Assembly (NCBI GenBank): GCA_964567285.1 | Contig: CAZMLO010000006.1 | Location: 73,303 to 137,302, forward strand | Origin: an uncultured Gammaproteobacteria bacterium | Lineage (GTDB): Bacteria > Pseudomonadota > Gammaproteobacteria > JAIEPX01 | DNA length: 64,000 bases | Direction of reading: 5' to 3' | Part shown: positions 30,730 to 40,651 of the stretch, one piece after another | Layout of the letters: the number at the start of each line of letters is the position of its first letter | Numbering within the stretch: the first letter of the stretch is position 1 | Position numbers and translations under genes: made by a program | The notes under the pieces: model-generated | What the model saw: only the letters and a program-made list of their open reading frames with translations | Told to the model about the DNA's origin: nothing | Database searches by the model: none

Positions 30730-32112
30730 TCAAATTGATTGCCGATGTCCAAAAGGTTTCCAGGCAGGTGAAATAACGTTAGGCATGGAAGATCGACCTA
30801 GAAGACGAGCGGGAGCGATCGTGAATTCCCCAAAATGTTGGTTGATCAAATCGATGGCTTTATTGGTGTTGCGACGTTGAGTGTCGTTGGGCATAAAAAG
30901 ATCCTGTTGTTGATTATCAGGCCGAGGATCTAAGGCCGTGATTTGGACCTGAGAAATCCCCTCCCCTTGCCAGTAGCTTTGCATAAAGGATTGGCAGAGC
31001 TGATAAATGCTGCGCCCATCGGAACAGGGATAAGGGAGTTTTTCTTTGATGGCAATCCACTCCCAGTGCATGCCACGAAGGCCAATAAAAAAATGCGTAG
31101 CGGCCATTTGGTGCCGACGTAAACGGGCTGCTACTTTTTCGCTCATGTGGAGTAAATACAATTCAATCAAGGTTTTGTTGGTGGTGTTGGGTGGTATAAC
31201 CTTGCCATGGCCGATGGATTTAGGTGCCGGCACTGTTTGATGCAAAGGATCCGGATCAGCCCCTTGGCACATATACCAAATGCGGCGCCCTAGATTGCCA
31301 AAGCGCTTGGATAAAATACTGATCGGGATTTTCTCGATGTCGCCGCAGTAGATCACACCATAAGAAGCGAGAAAACGACCGATGCCTTTGGCGATGCCAC
31401 AAAGCTCTGTGACAGGAACTTGAGACAAACGAGCTTTGGCTTCCCAAGGGTAAATCACTTGAAAACCATCGGGCTTTTGTAATTTTGCCGCGTACTTTGC
31501 GGTGGTTTTATCGCCACTGAGGCCAATAGAGCATGGCAGACCCGAAACAGCGAAAACACGCTCTTTGGTGCGCTGAGCAATTTCAATGGGTGAGCCCATC
31601 AGTCGTTGGCAACGGGAAACATCTAAAAAAGCCTCATCCACAGAAAAGACTTCCACATCGGGTGTAATATCATGCATGGCTTCCATAATCAGCGTCGATA
31701 ATTCTGCATAGCGCTGTGGTCTAGCGGCACACTGAATGAGCTCAGGGCAGAGTTCACGCGCCTCATAAAGTCGCATACCCGTTTTGACCCCAAAACGCCG
31801 TGCCTCATAGGAGCTAGTAATAACACAAGAGCCCTGTCGACCGTTTGTTACAGCAATCGGTTGACCTCTCAATTCAGGAAAATCCATCTGCTCTACTGAA
31901 GCAAAAAAGGCATTCATATCCACCAAAATAATAGCCCGTGCCCATAAAGAGCTTTTGTTCTTCTTTGACTCTGTAGAGAAAGCTTCTACATCAGAATCCT
32001 GAAGGGCTTGTTCTGTTTTTTTTTGAGTGTCAAAAATACGACTCCTTCTGAAAAGGTTATTTTTTGTGCCATCCACGAGAGGAGTTTCCACTTGTATGGA
32101 AACTCCCCTCAA
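30730..32112 (-). CDS. Y-family DNA polymerase (Pol IV/DinB-like) with ~60-aa N-terminal extension
   Basis: ILVDMNAFFASVEQ..., FSVDEAFLDV and SIGLSGDKTTAKYAAKLQKPDG motifs. Lies downstream of lexA. The true start is uncertain. Confidence 0.85.
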   Translation of the reverse strand: MRGVSIQVETPLVDGTKNNLFRRSRIFDTQKKTEQALQDSDVEAFSTESKKNKSSLWARAIILVDMNAFFASVEQMDFPELRGQPIAVTNGRQGSCVITSSYEARRFGVKTGMRLYEARELCPELIQCAARPQRYAELSTLIMEAMHDITPDVEVFSVDEAFLDVSRCQRLMGSPIEIAQRTKERVFAVSGLPCSIGLSGDKTTAKYAAKLQKPDGFQVIYPWEAKARLSQVPVTELCGIAKGIGRFLASYGVIYCGDIEKIPISILSKRFGNLGRRIWYMCQGADPDPLHQTVPAPKSIGHGKVIPPNTTNKTLIELYLLHMSEKVAARLRRHQMAATHFFIGLRGMHWEWIAIKEKLPYPCSDGRSIYQLCQSFMQSYWQGEGISQVQITALDPRPDNQQQDLFMPNDTQRRNTNKAIDLINQHFGEFTIAPARLLGRSSMPNVISPAWKPFGHRQSI

Positions 32113-32198
32113 GACAACAGACTAAAAGAAGCATGGCCCGTTTTTGCTCCTTTACCTCAAGACGAGCAAGATCTGCTCATCCCAAGGAAGAGGATCAT

Positions 32199-32798
32199 TT
32201 AGCGCGATAAAAATCTCAGTAAGCCCACATACACGCCCTGAACTTGAACTCGGTCGGCGGGATAGGTCATGGGTTTTAAATGTGGGTTAGCCGGGACTAA
32301 GGTTACGCTTCGATCCCGATTGCGTTGCAAACGCTTTAGGGTGGCTTCGCGATTGTCGACCAGCGCAACCACAATTTGCCCATCGTCGGCTACATTGGCA
32401 TGTTTACACACCACTACATCGCCATCAAAAATGCCCTCTTCAATCATGGAATCCCCTTTGACTTGTAGGGCGTAATGATTATCGCGCAAGAAAATATTGG
32501 CGATATCAACGGTACGTTGATCTGAAATGGCTTCGATCGGTTGCCCTGCGGCAATCTTACCTAGCAAAGGCAAAAAACGGCGCTCATTGGCAGATTCACA
32601 GAGCTCAATGCTGCGTTTGCGGTTGGGTACCAAACGAATTAAACCCTCGGCAGTAACAGCCTGCACATCGCGGTGCACCACCCCACGCGAACTGATCCCT
32701 CTCGCCTTAGCAATTTCAGCCAAGGTGGGCGAATACCCTTGCTCCTCAATAAAATGCCGAATAAACTCATAAGTCTTCCGTTGCGCGAGCGTCAACAT
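32199..32798 (-). CDS. lexA: LexA repressor
   Basis: N-terminal winged HTH (LTLAQRKTYEFI...SPTLAEIA). Cleavage/peptidase S24 motifs: LPLLGKIAAGQPIEA, VKGDSM and ATLKRL. ATG at 32798 has a GGAGG SD 8 nt upstream; the ORF-track start is 32813. Confidence 0.9.
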   Translation of the reverse strand: MLTLAQRKTYEFIRHFIEEQGYSPTLAEIAKARGISSRGVVHRDVQAVTAEGLIRLVPNRKRSIELCESANERRFLPLLGKIAAGQPIEAISDQRTVDIANIFLRDNHYALQVKGDSMIEEGIFDGDVVVCKHANVADDGQIVVALVDNREATLKRLQRNRDRSVTLVPANPHLKPMTYPADRVQVQGVYVGLLRFLSR

Positions 32799-32900
32799 AA
32801 TAATATCCTCCATCTAGTTAGATCCTTCAAAACCGAGTATAGAGTACAAAAAGAGAACTTTCAAGTATTTTTTCACTAGGCAAGTCAAATCAAAGACTAT

Positions 32901-33956
32901 ATGATGTTCTACATGATCAGCTTTGAACATATCAGCAAATATTTTGGCAGCGGCGAGCAGCGCTTTGCAGCGTTGTCGGATGTCAATTTGTCGGTTGAAT
33001 CAGGAAAAGTATTGGGTGTGATTGGGCCAAGTGGGGCTGGGAAAAGTACCTTAATACGATGTGCTAATTTTTTGGAACGGCCCGATGCAGGGCAAGTTTT
33101 TATTGATCAGCTGAATCTCAATACCCTCAAACCGACTGAATTAAGAGAGGCCAGAAAAAAAATAGGCATGATATTTCAAGGGTTTAATTTAGTTTCCTCA
33201 CGTAATGTCTATGATAATGTCGCTCTGCCCTTAGAGTTGGCAGGCGAAGATAAAGCCGCGATCAAACAGAAAATAATGCCTTTATTAGAGCTGACGGGAT
33301 TAACTTCGAAAGCAAAAGTTTACCCTAACCAGCTCAGTGGCGGACAAAAACAACGTGTCGGTATTGCCAGAGCGTTGGCGAATCAACCCAAAGTTTTGTT
33401 GAGTGATGAGGCAACTTCGGCGCTTGATCCTGAAACCACGCACGCCATTTTACGACTGCTCAAAGACATCAATGAACAATTGGGTGTGACAATCCTACTC
33501 ATCACCCATGAAATGGAAGTCATCAAAGAAGTCTGTCATAACTTAGCCATTATGGAGCACGGAAAAATTATTGAACAATCCAGTGTGATCGAATTTTTTG
33601 GCAATCCGCAAACAGAATTGGCTCAGCGGTTTATTCAGAAAGATGCTAAAGATCATCTGCCTTTGGCAGTTAAAGCGCGTCTGCACACAGAACATACACC
33701 TGATTCTCATCCGCTCTGGTATCTTTCCTTTTTGGGTGCGAGCAGCCAGGAACCCTTAATTGCTCATCTGATGCAACAATTAGCGATTACATTGAATATT
33801 TTACAAGCTGACATCGAATTAATTCGGGATGTGACGATGGGCACGATGATCACTGAGGTGGTGGGATCGCCTGAAAATATTCAAGCGGGCATGAAGTTTT
33901 TGCAGACCAAAGGCGTTCATGTGGAGGTTATTGGTTATGTTAAACAAACGCATTAA
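32901..33956 (+). CDS. metN: methionine ABC transporter ATP-binding protein
   Basis: Walker A GPSGAGKST, LSGGQKQRV and a C-terminal NIL domain (LNILQADIE...G.M...). Confidence 0.9.
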   Translation: MMFYMISFEHISKYFGSGEQRFAALSDVNLSVESGKVLGVIGPSGAGKSTLIRCANFLERPDAGQVFIDQLNLNTLKPTELREARKKIGMIFQGFNLVSSRNVYDNVALPLELAGEDKAAIKQKIMPLLELTGLTSKAKVYPNQLSGGQKQRVGIARALANQPKVLLSDEATSALDPETTHAILRLLKDINEQLGVTILLITHEMEVIKEVCHNLAIMEHGKIIEQSSVIEFFGNPQTELAQRFIQKDAKDHLPLAVKARLHTEHTPDSHPLWYLSFLGASSQEPLIAHLMQQLAITLNILQADIELIRDVTMGTMITEVVGSPENIQAGMKFLQTKGVHVEVIGYVKQTH

Positions 33957-33971
33957 TGGACAGTCAAGTTT

Positions 33972-34625
33972 ATGAATAGCGAATTAATCAACATACTCTT
34001 GAAAGGCACTTGGGAAACACTGTACATGGTCTTAACCGCGGGTGGAATCGCTGTGCTGTTGGGGGTTCCGCTGGGCACCTGGTTGTTTACAACTCGACCT
34101 AAAAATCTCAATGAAAACATCATATTAAACAGGATATTAAGCGCTATTGTCGATGTGACACGTTCACTGCCTTTTATTATTTTATTGATTGCTATTATTC
34201 CACTGACACGTGCATTGGTAGGAACGAGTATCGGCACGACCGCTGCCATTGTACCCCTCAGCATTGCCGCCATTCCGTTTATGGCAAGGGTGGTCGAAAG
34301 TGCCTTGATGGAAGTCAACCCGGGTTTAATTGAAGCGGGACATAGCTTCGGAGCAACCTCCTTTCAAATCGTCGCTAAAATTCTCTGGCCCGAAGCCTTA
34401 GCCTCTATGGTCAATGGAATGACTTTAATGCTAATCAGTTTGATCGGTTATTCAGCCATGGCAGGTGCCGTCGGTGGTGGCGGATTAGGAACCGTAGCGA
34501 TTAATTATGGGTATCAGCGCTTTGATTTGACGATTATGTTGGCCACGGTGGCTATTTTAATACTCATCGTTCACTTCATTCAATTTGTAGGCAATCGATT
34601 AGTTCATCGACTCACTCATCACTGA
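33972..34625 (+). CDS. metI: methionine ABC transporter permease
   Basis: 217-aa five-TM permease between metN and metQ. Typical MetI start LL.GTWETLYMV. Confidence 0.9.
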   Translation: MNSELINILLKGTWETLYMVLTAGGIAVLLGVPLGTWLFTTRPKNLNENIILNRILSAIVDVTRSLPFIILLIAIIPLTRALVGTSIGTTAAIVPLSIAAIPFMARVVESALMEVNPGLIEAGHSFGATSFQIVAKILWPEALASMVNGMTLMLISLIGYSAMAGAVGGGGLGTVAINYGYQRFDLTIMLATVAILILIVHFIQFVGNRLVHRLTHH

Positions 34626-34636
34626 GGACATTCATC

Positions 34637-35434
34637 ATGCTATTCACCCGATTATTATTGAGTTTTATCTGCAGTGTTATTTTACTTTCTGCCTGCGGAA
34701 ATCACCGCAATAAAAACGAAATTTATGTGGGCACCATAGCCGGTCCCGAAACTGATTTGATGGAAGTCGCTAAGCAAGTGGCTGAAGAAAAATACGGGCT
34801 CAAAGTCATTATTGTCCAATTTAACGATTATTCACTACCCAACCAAGCACTGGTTGATGGCAGTATTGATGCCAACATGTTTCAGCACCAACCTTATTTA
34901 GATGCTGCAGTTAAAGCGAAAAATTTTCCTATAACAACGATAGGAAAGATGTTTATTTATCCGATGGGCGTTTATTCTTCAAAATGGAAAGATATCAATC
35001 ATTTACCCAATAATGCGATTGTAGCAATACCCAACGATCCCACGAATGAAACACGCGCCTTATTATTGTTGCAACAAGGTGGGTTAATAAAAATTAAACC
35101 CCACACCTCAGAAATCGTTGCACTCACCGATATCGCAAAAAATCCCAAACATCTTCAATTTAAAGAATTAGATGCCGCGCAATTGCCCAGAGTGCTTCCC
35201 GATGTCGACATCGCTGTTATTAACACCAACTACGCCCTACTCGCTGGCCTCAGCCCCAGTGAAAATTCTCTCTTAAAAGAAGCGGCAAGCTCGCCCTATG
35301 CCAATGTTGTAGTCGTACGCACCGAAGATAAAACCGCTGCTAAATTTCAAGATCTTTTAAAAGCTTTGCATTCTGACGAAGTTATAGATAAAGCTAAAGC
35401 TCTCTTTAACAATGAAGCAATACAGGCTTGGTAG
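34637..35434 (+). CDS. metQ: methionine-binding lipoprotein MetQ
   Basis: Lipobox LLSAC. NlpA-family motifs: NDY..PN.AL..G.IDAN.FQH and IAIPNDPTNE.RAL. Confidence 0.9.
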   Translation: MLFTRLLLSFICSVILLSACGNHRNKNEIYVGTIAGPETDLMEVAKQVAEEKYGLKVIIVQFNDYSLPNQALVDGSIDANMFQHQPYLDAAVKAKNFPITTIGKMFIYPMGVYSSKWKDINHLPNNAIVAIPNDPTNETRALLLLQQGGLIKIKPHTSEIVALTDIAKNPKHLQFKELDAAQLPRVLPDVDIAVINTNYALLAGLSPSENSLLKEAASSPYANVVVVRTEDKTAAKFQDLLKALHSDEVIDKAKALFNNEAIQAW

Positions 35435-35445
35435 TTGGAGTCAGG

Positions 35446-35476
35446 TACGCTTTTTATACCTGAAATAAAAAGCGTA
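35446..35476. terminator. 11-bp A/T-capped hairpin between convergent genes (possible bidirectional terminator)
   Basis: tacgcttttta (35446-35456) / taaaaagcgta (35466-35476) with a 9-nt loop. An alternative tcaggta/tacctga stem is possible. Confidence 0.45.
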
Positions 35477-35489
35477 TTCCTGGTTTATT

Positions 35490-36341
35490 TTAAAAAGAAG
35501 GTCCACTTAGGCTATTAGATTGAGATTTTATGAGGGCAGTAAGAGTATCCAAATTGGATGATTGTCGATTCTCTTCTTCAATATGGGCGCGGGTTGTGAC
35601 AATGATTTTTTCTATTAGCTCGGCAGGTAAATTATTAGCTCGATCGACACCTTCAAAGTTACCTGAGATTAAAAAAGCCAGTTGTACAATAAGTGGTTTC
35701 GGTAATTTCACGTTTATGAAAGTATCTAAACACCGACAGAGAAGTTTATCTTGATCATCGAGTGTTAACGTTGAATTTTCTAGTATCCATGCCGCACATA
35801 CAAATTGTCCGAAATAGAAAGCATAAAACAATACAGTACGATCGATATTATCTTTTGCACTTAGTAGTTCCGGTTTTTTTTCACTGAGCGATTTGAGTAA
35901 TTCTATCTGTCCCCCCATTGATGCTAAGTGCATAACGTTAGCACCCGCGGAATTACGCTGAGTAAATAACTCATCACCTAATAAAGCGTCTAATGCATCT
36001 TTATTACCAGCGAATGCTGCCAATTCCCAAGCACTCTCCATTTGCTCGATGAACGGACTGATTGTAAAAGATTCGGCAGGTGGGCCAATTTGAAAAGAAA
36101 GGGATCGCATCAACTTCACTTTATTTAAGGGATATCTTTTAAAAATTTCTGCATTTAATAAGCTTGAAGGTATACTTTGGAGATAATGATTAGGTAATGC
36201 TCTTTCAATGATCACCTTTCTCCATGCCCTTGAAACCCCCATGAATGGACGTAGTTGAGCGGGTTTAAAGAATTGGAACACGCAAGCCAGCACGTCTGGG
36301 GATGGTGCGAACACGGCAGATTGTTCATCTTCTTCTTTCAT
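35490..36341 (-). CDS. F-box + ankyrin-repeat protein (eukaryote-like, AnkB-type architecture)
   Basis: F-box: SPDVLACVFQFFKPAQLRPFMGVSRAWRKVII (aa ~14-47). ANK: GANVMHLASMGGQIELLKSLSE... and DRTVLFYAFYFGQFVCAAWILE. Confidence 0.8.
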   Translation of the reverse strand: MKEEDEQSAVFAPSPDVLACVFQFFKPAQLRPFMGVSRAWRKVIIERALPNHYLQSIPSSLLNAEIFKRYPLNKVKLMRSLSFQIGPPAESFTISPFIEQMESAWELAAFAGNKDALDALLGDELFTQRNSAGANVMHLASMGGQIELLKSLSEKKPELLSAKDNIDRTVLFYAFYFGQFVCAAWILENSTLTLDDQDKLLCRCLDTFINVKLPKPLIVQLAFLISGNFEGVDRANNLPAELIEKIIVTTRAHIEEENRQSSNLDTLTALIKSQSNSLSGPSF

Positions 36342-36518
36342 TTTATACCTGCTAAATCAATGGGAATACGATATAATAATTACCGAATTATACCCATTGT
36401 CTATTCTAATTGTCAATGATTATTATGAGAATAACAGGCTACCCTTTATGAATAGCGATAGAGCCAGGAAAATAGGACAAAGAATAACTGACAATGAATG
36501 AGCTAGAAAAAGTCAGTA

Positions 36519-37037
36519 TTATTTTTTTACGGTTGCTTTTAGAACAGTGGTATCAACGGGTTCTTCACGTTTTGGGTCTGCGCGGTACATTTCTTTTTCT
36601 CCATGTCCTTGCATGGTCCCTAGAGTGACAACCATCCAATCTTTTCTATCTTTAGATAATTTTGGAATGAGATTCTCGATATCATTCTTAATTGTTTCAC
36701 AGGTTTTTGTCATAGCCTTACATAATTCATAATCTATTTCATTGACTTTACCCTGCTTTTTTTCAATGCTAGGCATCCAAGTACCCGCTTCATTAAGGCT
36801 ATTGAGAGATGTTTTGACTATACCCGCATCTTTATGGTTCCATGCTAAGAATGTCACAATATTAGAAGATTTGGGAAAATTTTGAGCTAATCTTTCAGCC
36901 GCTGCACTAAAATTTATAACCGCTTGGACCTTTTTTAGCGTGGATGGATCCGCATTGTCTGTCTGGGCACGTGCTAATAGACTCTTAGCTGTCTCACCTA
37001 GGCTATGAATAATTTCATCTAAACTTTCACGTTTCAT
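36519..37037 (-). CDS. hypothetical protein (helical, no recognisable motif)
   Basis: 172-aa ORF in the same AT-rich islet as the F-box gene. No competing ORF. Confidence 0.5.
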   Translation of the reverse strand: MKRESLDEIIHSLGETAKSLLARAQTDNADPSTLKKVQAVINFSAAAERLAQNFPKSSNIVTFLAWNHKDAGIVKTSLNSLNEAGTWMPSIEKKQGKVNEIDYELCKAMTKTCETIKNDIENLIPKLSKDRKDWMVVTLGTMQGHGEKEMYRADPKREEPVDTTVLKATVKK

Positions 37038-37155
37038 CGCCGCACCCCCCTATGACGCGTACTGTAATTATAGTACAATTTGGATATTAGGCCAGCTATG
37101 CTCTTTGCATTCAACCATGTTAATATTGCTGTAGCCAATATCGAGAGTATAGAAA

Positions 37156-37926
37156 ATGGACAAACAATGTTTCTTCTTCACCCAAGACCAACTCATTGTC
37201 TTAGGCAAAAATCCTATACTCGGCTACAAGAAAACGCTTGAAGATTTGCAGTTGACCGTGCATGAAGTTATCGATGAGCAAAATTTGAGTTTTTTGAATT
37301 GTGATGTGGGTTTACCGCCTACTCAATTTTTAAACACAGAATATCAATCTATTCCAATTAAACGCTTTTTACCGGAAGTCGATTCAGCAATGCAACGACA
37401 AATATTGCGAAGCTATCACTGGATCAATTGGGAAAAGCAATCAAAATTTTGTGGGCGGTGTGCTAATCCACTGACCAAACATGCTCATCCCACAGAAAAG
37501 AAATGTTTATCGTGTAATATTTCTTACTTTCCGCGTTATTCACCTGCTGTGATGGTACTGATTCATCATGAAGATAAAATTTTATTAGCACGCTCTCCTC
37601 ATTTCCCTGACGGATTATACAGTGCTATCGCTGGTTTTATCGATATCGGCGAAACAGCTGAAGAGGCTGCGCATCGTGAAGTTAAAGAAGAAGTTGGCTT
37701 GGAAATTACCGATCTCGAATATTTCGGAACTCAAGACTGGCCATTTCCCGACAGCTTCATGATCGCTTTCCACGCAAAATATTTGCGCGGTGATTTAACC
37801 ATAGATAATCATGAAATCATCGATGCACAATGGTTCAGCATTGATAACGCCCCACCTTTTCCACCCAGTACTAGCATCGCCAGACGATTAATCGAAAGCA
37901 TGATTGAAAAAATCCACCCAAAATGA
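37156..37926 (+). CDS. nudC: NAD+ diphosphatase (Nudix)
   Basis: Zinc ribbon CGRCANPL...CLSCN and Nudix box GFIDIGETAEEAAHREVKEEVG. Confidence 0.85.
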   Translation: MDKQCFFFTQDQLIVLGKNPILGYKKTLEDLQLTVHEVIDEQNLSFLNCDVGLPPTQFLNTEYQSIPIKRFLPEVDSAMQRQILRSYHWINWEKQSKFCGRCANPLTKHAHPTEKKCLSCNISYFPRYSPAVMVLIHHEDKILLARSPHFPDGLYSAIAGFIDIGETAEEAAHREVKEEVGLEITDLEYFGTQDWPFPDSFMIAFHAKYLRGDLTIDNHEIIDAQWFSIDNAPPFPPSTSIARRLIESMIEKIHPK

Positions 37927-38024
37927 GTGTGTATTCCTCAAATATAGCCTACTCTCCAAGCAACCCATTAACCCCGATCAAAAACCTTCGATCGGCTGTA
38001 ACATTAAATGGAAATAATTAAAGG

Positions 38025-38816
38025 TCATGCCTGCTCGGCAACGTTGAAAAGATTAAAGAAATTTTGGGTCGTTTGCTGAGCGACTTCTTCTAAGGAACAG
38101 TTTTTTAATTCTGCGATTTTTTCTGCGGTGTATTTAACATAGGCAGGTTGATTGGGTTTTCCTCGGAAGGGAATCGGGGCTAAGTAGGGGCAATCGGTTT
38201 CTAGTAATAGGCGGTTTAAGGGGACTGCTTTGGCGACTTCGTGTAGTGTGGTTGCATTTTTAAAGGTAACAATGCCTGCCAAGGAAATATAAAAGCCTAG
38301 TTCCATCGCTTTTTCTGCTGTTGCAACATCTTCGGTAAAACAATGCATGATACCTTTGACTTGATCGGCCTTTTCCTCACGCAAAATTCTAATGGTATCT
38401 TCTTTTGCTTCGCGGGTATGAATAATTAAGGGGAGATTGGTGGCTTTGGCTGCTTGAATATGTGTTCGAAAACGAGCTTGTTGGGGTTTATGATCACCCT
38501 CAGTGCGATAATAATCCAGCCCTGTTTCACCGATGGCGATAATGCGTGGATGATCAGAAACTTTTATGATGTCTTCGAGTGTCGGTTCTGAGTCTGGAGG
38601 TTCATTGGGATGTAGGCCTACAGAGGCATAAACATTCTCATACTGCTCTGCTAACCCGAGAATCGTAGGAACGTCATCAAAAGTTATGGCGACGCAGAGA
38701 AAATAATCTACACCTGCATCTTTGGCATTGCGCATTAAAGTATCGAGAGGCTCATTATGGGCTTCGCTTAACCAGTGCAAATGACAGTGTGTATCTACTA
38801 AACTAATACTATTCAT
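38025..38816 (-). CDS. TatD-family metal-dependent hydrolase (YcfH-like)
   Basis: VDTHCHL, GLHP, GE.GLDY, HTR and ETD.PYL motifs. Lies downstream of holB as E. coli ycfH does. Confidence 0.9.
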   Translation of the reverse strand: MNSISLVDTHCHLHWLSEAHNEPLDTLMRNAKDAGVDYFLCVAITFDDVPTILGLAEQYENVYASVGLHPNEPPDSEPTLEDIIKVSDHPRIIAIGETGLDYYRTEGDHKPQQARFRTHIQAAKATNLPLIIHTREAKEDTIRILREEKADQVKGIMHCFTEDVATAEKAMELGFYISLAGIVTFKNATTLHEVAKAVPLNRLLLETDCPYLAPIPFRGKPNQPAYVKYTAEKIAELKNCSLEEVAQQTTQNFFNLFNVAEQA

Positions 38817-38912
38817 TCATACTCCAAAAGTGAGAAGAGAAGCCTGATTGGTACGTACGTATGCAGTACTTTTTTGCAGGGCAGTCGATTGCTATCAATA
38901 TTCGAGCGATTC

Positions 38913-39944
38913 TCATTTTGAATTTATTGCTCCGCTATAGGGTAACAAAACTGATTCTAAGAGTAGTTGAATATTCGGATTTGCGCTACTCATCACTCTA
39001 CGCTTTGCTTTAAGAATATCGCTCATCAAAGACCAGAGTTTTGGAAGATCACAACGAGGTAGCAACGCCTGTAAATCAGTGGCTAAATAGCGGTGTTGAA
39101 TCTCTGATGGGCTTAATCCTGTTAATAAACGAATTAGATCTTGAATCAAGGTTGTTAAGATACTCAAAACAAGCGTGGGCGATTGTTTCGACCAACTTTC
39201 AGCGGCTTTAAGGACTGACATTTTACCGGAAAGAACACGGATAAAATCGATTGAAACTGTTTGTATGTATTGCCACTCACCACTTTGTGCCAATCGCAGT
39301 GCTCGTAGGGGCAATCCATCGGCTAAGGCAAGTAGTTCTGCTGCAGGTGGCGATTTTTTATCGGGAATGGATTTTTTTGAAGAAGGTTTTTCTAGCGGTT
39401 GAGGAAGTTCTTTGAGTTGTTCTTCAAGCCACGCTAAAGCTATTTCGGCAGTAGGTTGCTCTGCACGGAATTCAAGACAACGACTTCGAATAGTGGGGAG
39501 CAGCGAAGAAGGATGATCGGTGACTAATAATAAAAATACCTGTCCATTGGGCTCTTCTAAGGTTTTGAGCAAAGCATTCGCAGCGGCACGATTCATGGCC
39601 TCAGCAGGATGAATAATCACCACTTGAAATGAACCATAGGGTGTTTTAGTGAGCGATTCTGTCAGTTCACGAATTTGAGCAATACTAATTTGCTTTTTGT
39701 CTTCTTCGGGAGCGACTAAAAAATAATCAGGATGAGAATTTGCCTGAAACCACAGACAAGATTGGCATTGGGAACATGCCTCGTTGCCTTTTTCAGCACA
39801 GAGTATTTTTTGCGCTAAAGCTTCTGCAAAAGCAAATTTCCCTAACCCCTCGGTACCAGAAATCAACAGGGCATGCGCCAAACGTGCTTGATTAAAAGCT
39901 TGAGTGGATTGTAACCAATAATGTTCCAACCAAGGTGTTCTCAT
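38913..39944 (-). CDS. holB: DNA polymerase III delta' subunit
   Basis: HALLISGTEGLGKFAFAEALAQKILC, CQSCLWFQANSHPDY, ANALLKTLEEP and TIRSRC motifs. ATG at 39944 has a GGAG SD; the ORF-track start is 39983. Confidence 0.85.
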   Translation of the reverse strand: MRTPWLEHYWLQSTQAFNQARLAHALLISGTEGLGKFAFAEALAQKILCAEKGNEACSQCQSCLWFQANSHPDYFLVAPEEDKKQISIAQIRELTESLTKTPYGSFQVVIIHPAEAMNRAAANALLKTLEEPNGQVFLLLVTDHPSSLLPTIRSRCLEFRAEQPTAEIALAWLEEQLKELPQPLEKPSSKKSIPDKKSPPAAELLALADGLPLRALRLAQSGEWQYIQTVSIDFIRVLSGKMSVLKAAESWSKQSPTLVLSILTTLIQDLIRLLTGLSPSEIQHRYLATDLQALLPRCDLPKLWSLMSDILKAKRRVMSSANPNIQLLLESVLLPYSGAINSK

Positions 39945-40018
39945 TTTCACTCCACTAGATGCTAACGTCCATATCTTGCCCATCTCAGGTGAAAAATGAA
40001 CGTTATAGCCAATTCAAA

Positions 40019-40651
40019 CTAATTATCGATTATTTTTTCAATACAGTCACGTACTGCCAGATTCACCTTTTCCACGGTTTGTGTTGCATCAATCATACGA
40101 AAACGATCGGGATAATCTTGAGCGCGCTGATGATAAATGGCTCTGACACTCTCAAAAAAGCTTAAGGTTTCTGTTTCAATTCTGTCTTTGTCGCCTCGTG
40201 CGGCTATTCTTTCAAGGCCGACATTAATGGGAGCATCCAGCAACAAGGTTAAATCGGGTTGTAAATCGTTGATAAATTGTTCCTCTAGCATTCGAATTTT
40301 TTCCAATGGTATCGAACGTCCACCGCCCTGATAGGCATAGCTCGCATCAGTAAAACGATCCGAGATAACAATTTTTCCTGCATTTTTAGCGGGGAGCACA
40401 ACCGATTGAACATGCTGAATTCGGCCTGCGAAATAGAGCAATAATTCTGTTTCAGGGTTCATAATTTCATCGTAGTGAGACAAAATAACTTGCCTAATTT
40501 TTTCAGCGATTTCTGTGCCGCCGGGTTCGCGTGTGATAATAAAATCCAGTTTTTTTTCACTTAAAAAATCGGCCAGACTTTTCATCACAGTACTTTTACC
40601 CATGCCCTCAGTACCTTCGATGGTGATAAACAATCCCTGTTTTGATTGCAT
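40019..40651 (-). CDS. tmk: thymidylate kinase
   Basis: FITIEGTEGMGKST, TREPGGT, DRF..AS.AYQG motifs. Confidence 0.93.
   Translation of the reverse strand: MQSKQGLFITIEGTEGMGKSTVMKSLADFLSEKKLDFIITREPGGTEIAEKIRQVILSHYDEIMNPETELLLYFAGRIQHVQSVVLPAKNAGKIVISDRFTDASYAYQGGGRSIPLEKIRMLEEQFINDLQPDLTLLLDAPINVGLERIAARGDKDRIETETLSFFESVRAIYHQRAQDYPDRFRMIDATQTVEKVNLAVRDCIEKIIDN

Noticed and set aside
30572-30880. 102-aa plus-strand ORF between map and the Y-family polymerase; also a minus-strand fragment (..GWDGIENNVGWKGIKELQINEVFELYDMVVKKHNSVLKI..) at ~30500-30660
   Set aside because: The plus ORF overlaps the polymerase 3' end, has no SD and has odd composition. The minus-strand fragment has no start codon and is interrupted by stops upstream. 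It may be a decayed gene remnant, but I cannot assign it.
32799-32900. SOS box upstream of lexA
   Set aside because: I looked for CTGT-N8-ACAG and for an obvious palindrome and found none. AGTATAGAGTAC is not palindromic. No operator is called.
33953-34318. 121-aa antisense ORF within metI
   Set aside because: It is opposite a well-supported permease gene and has no independent signals.
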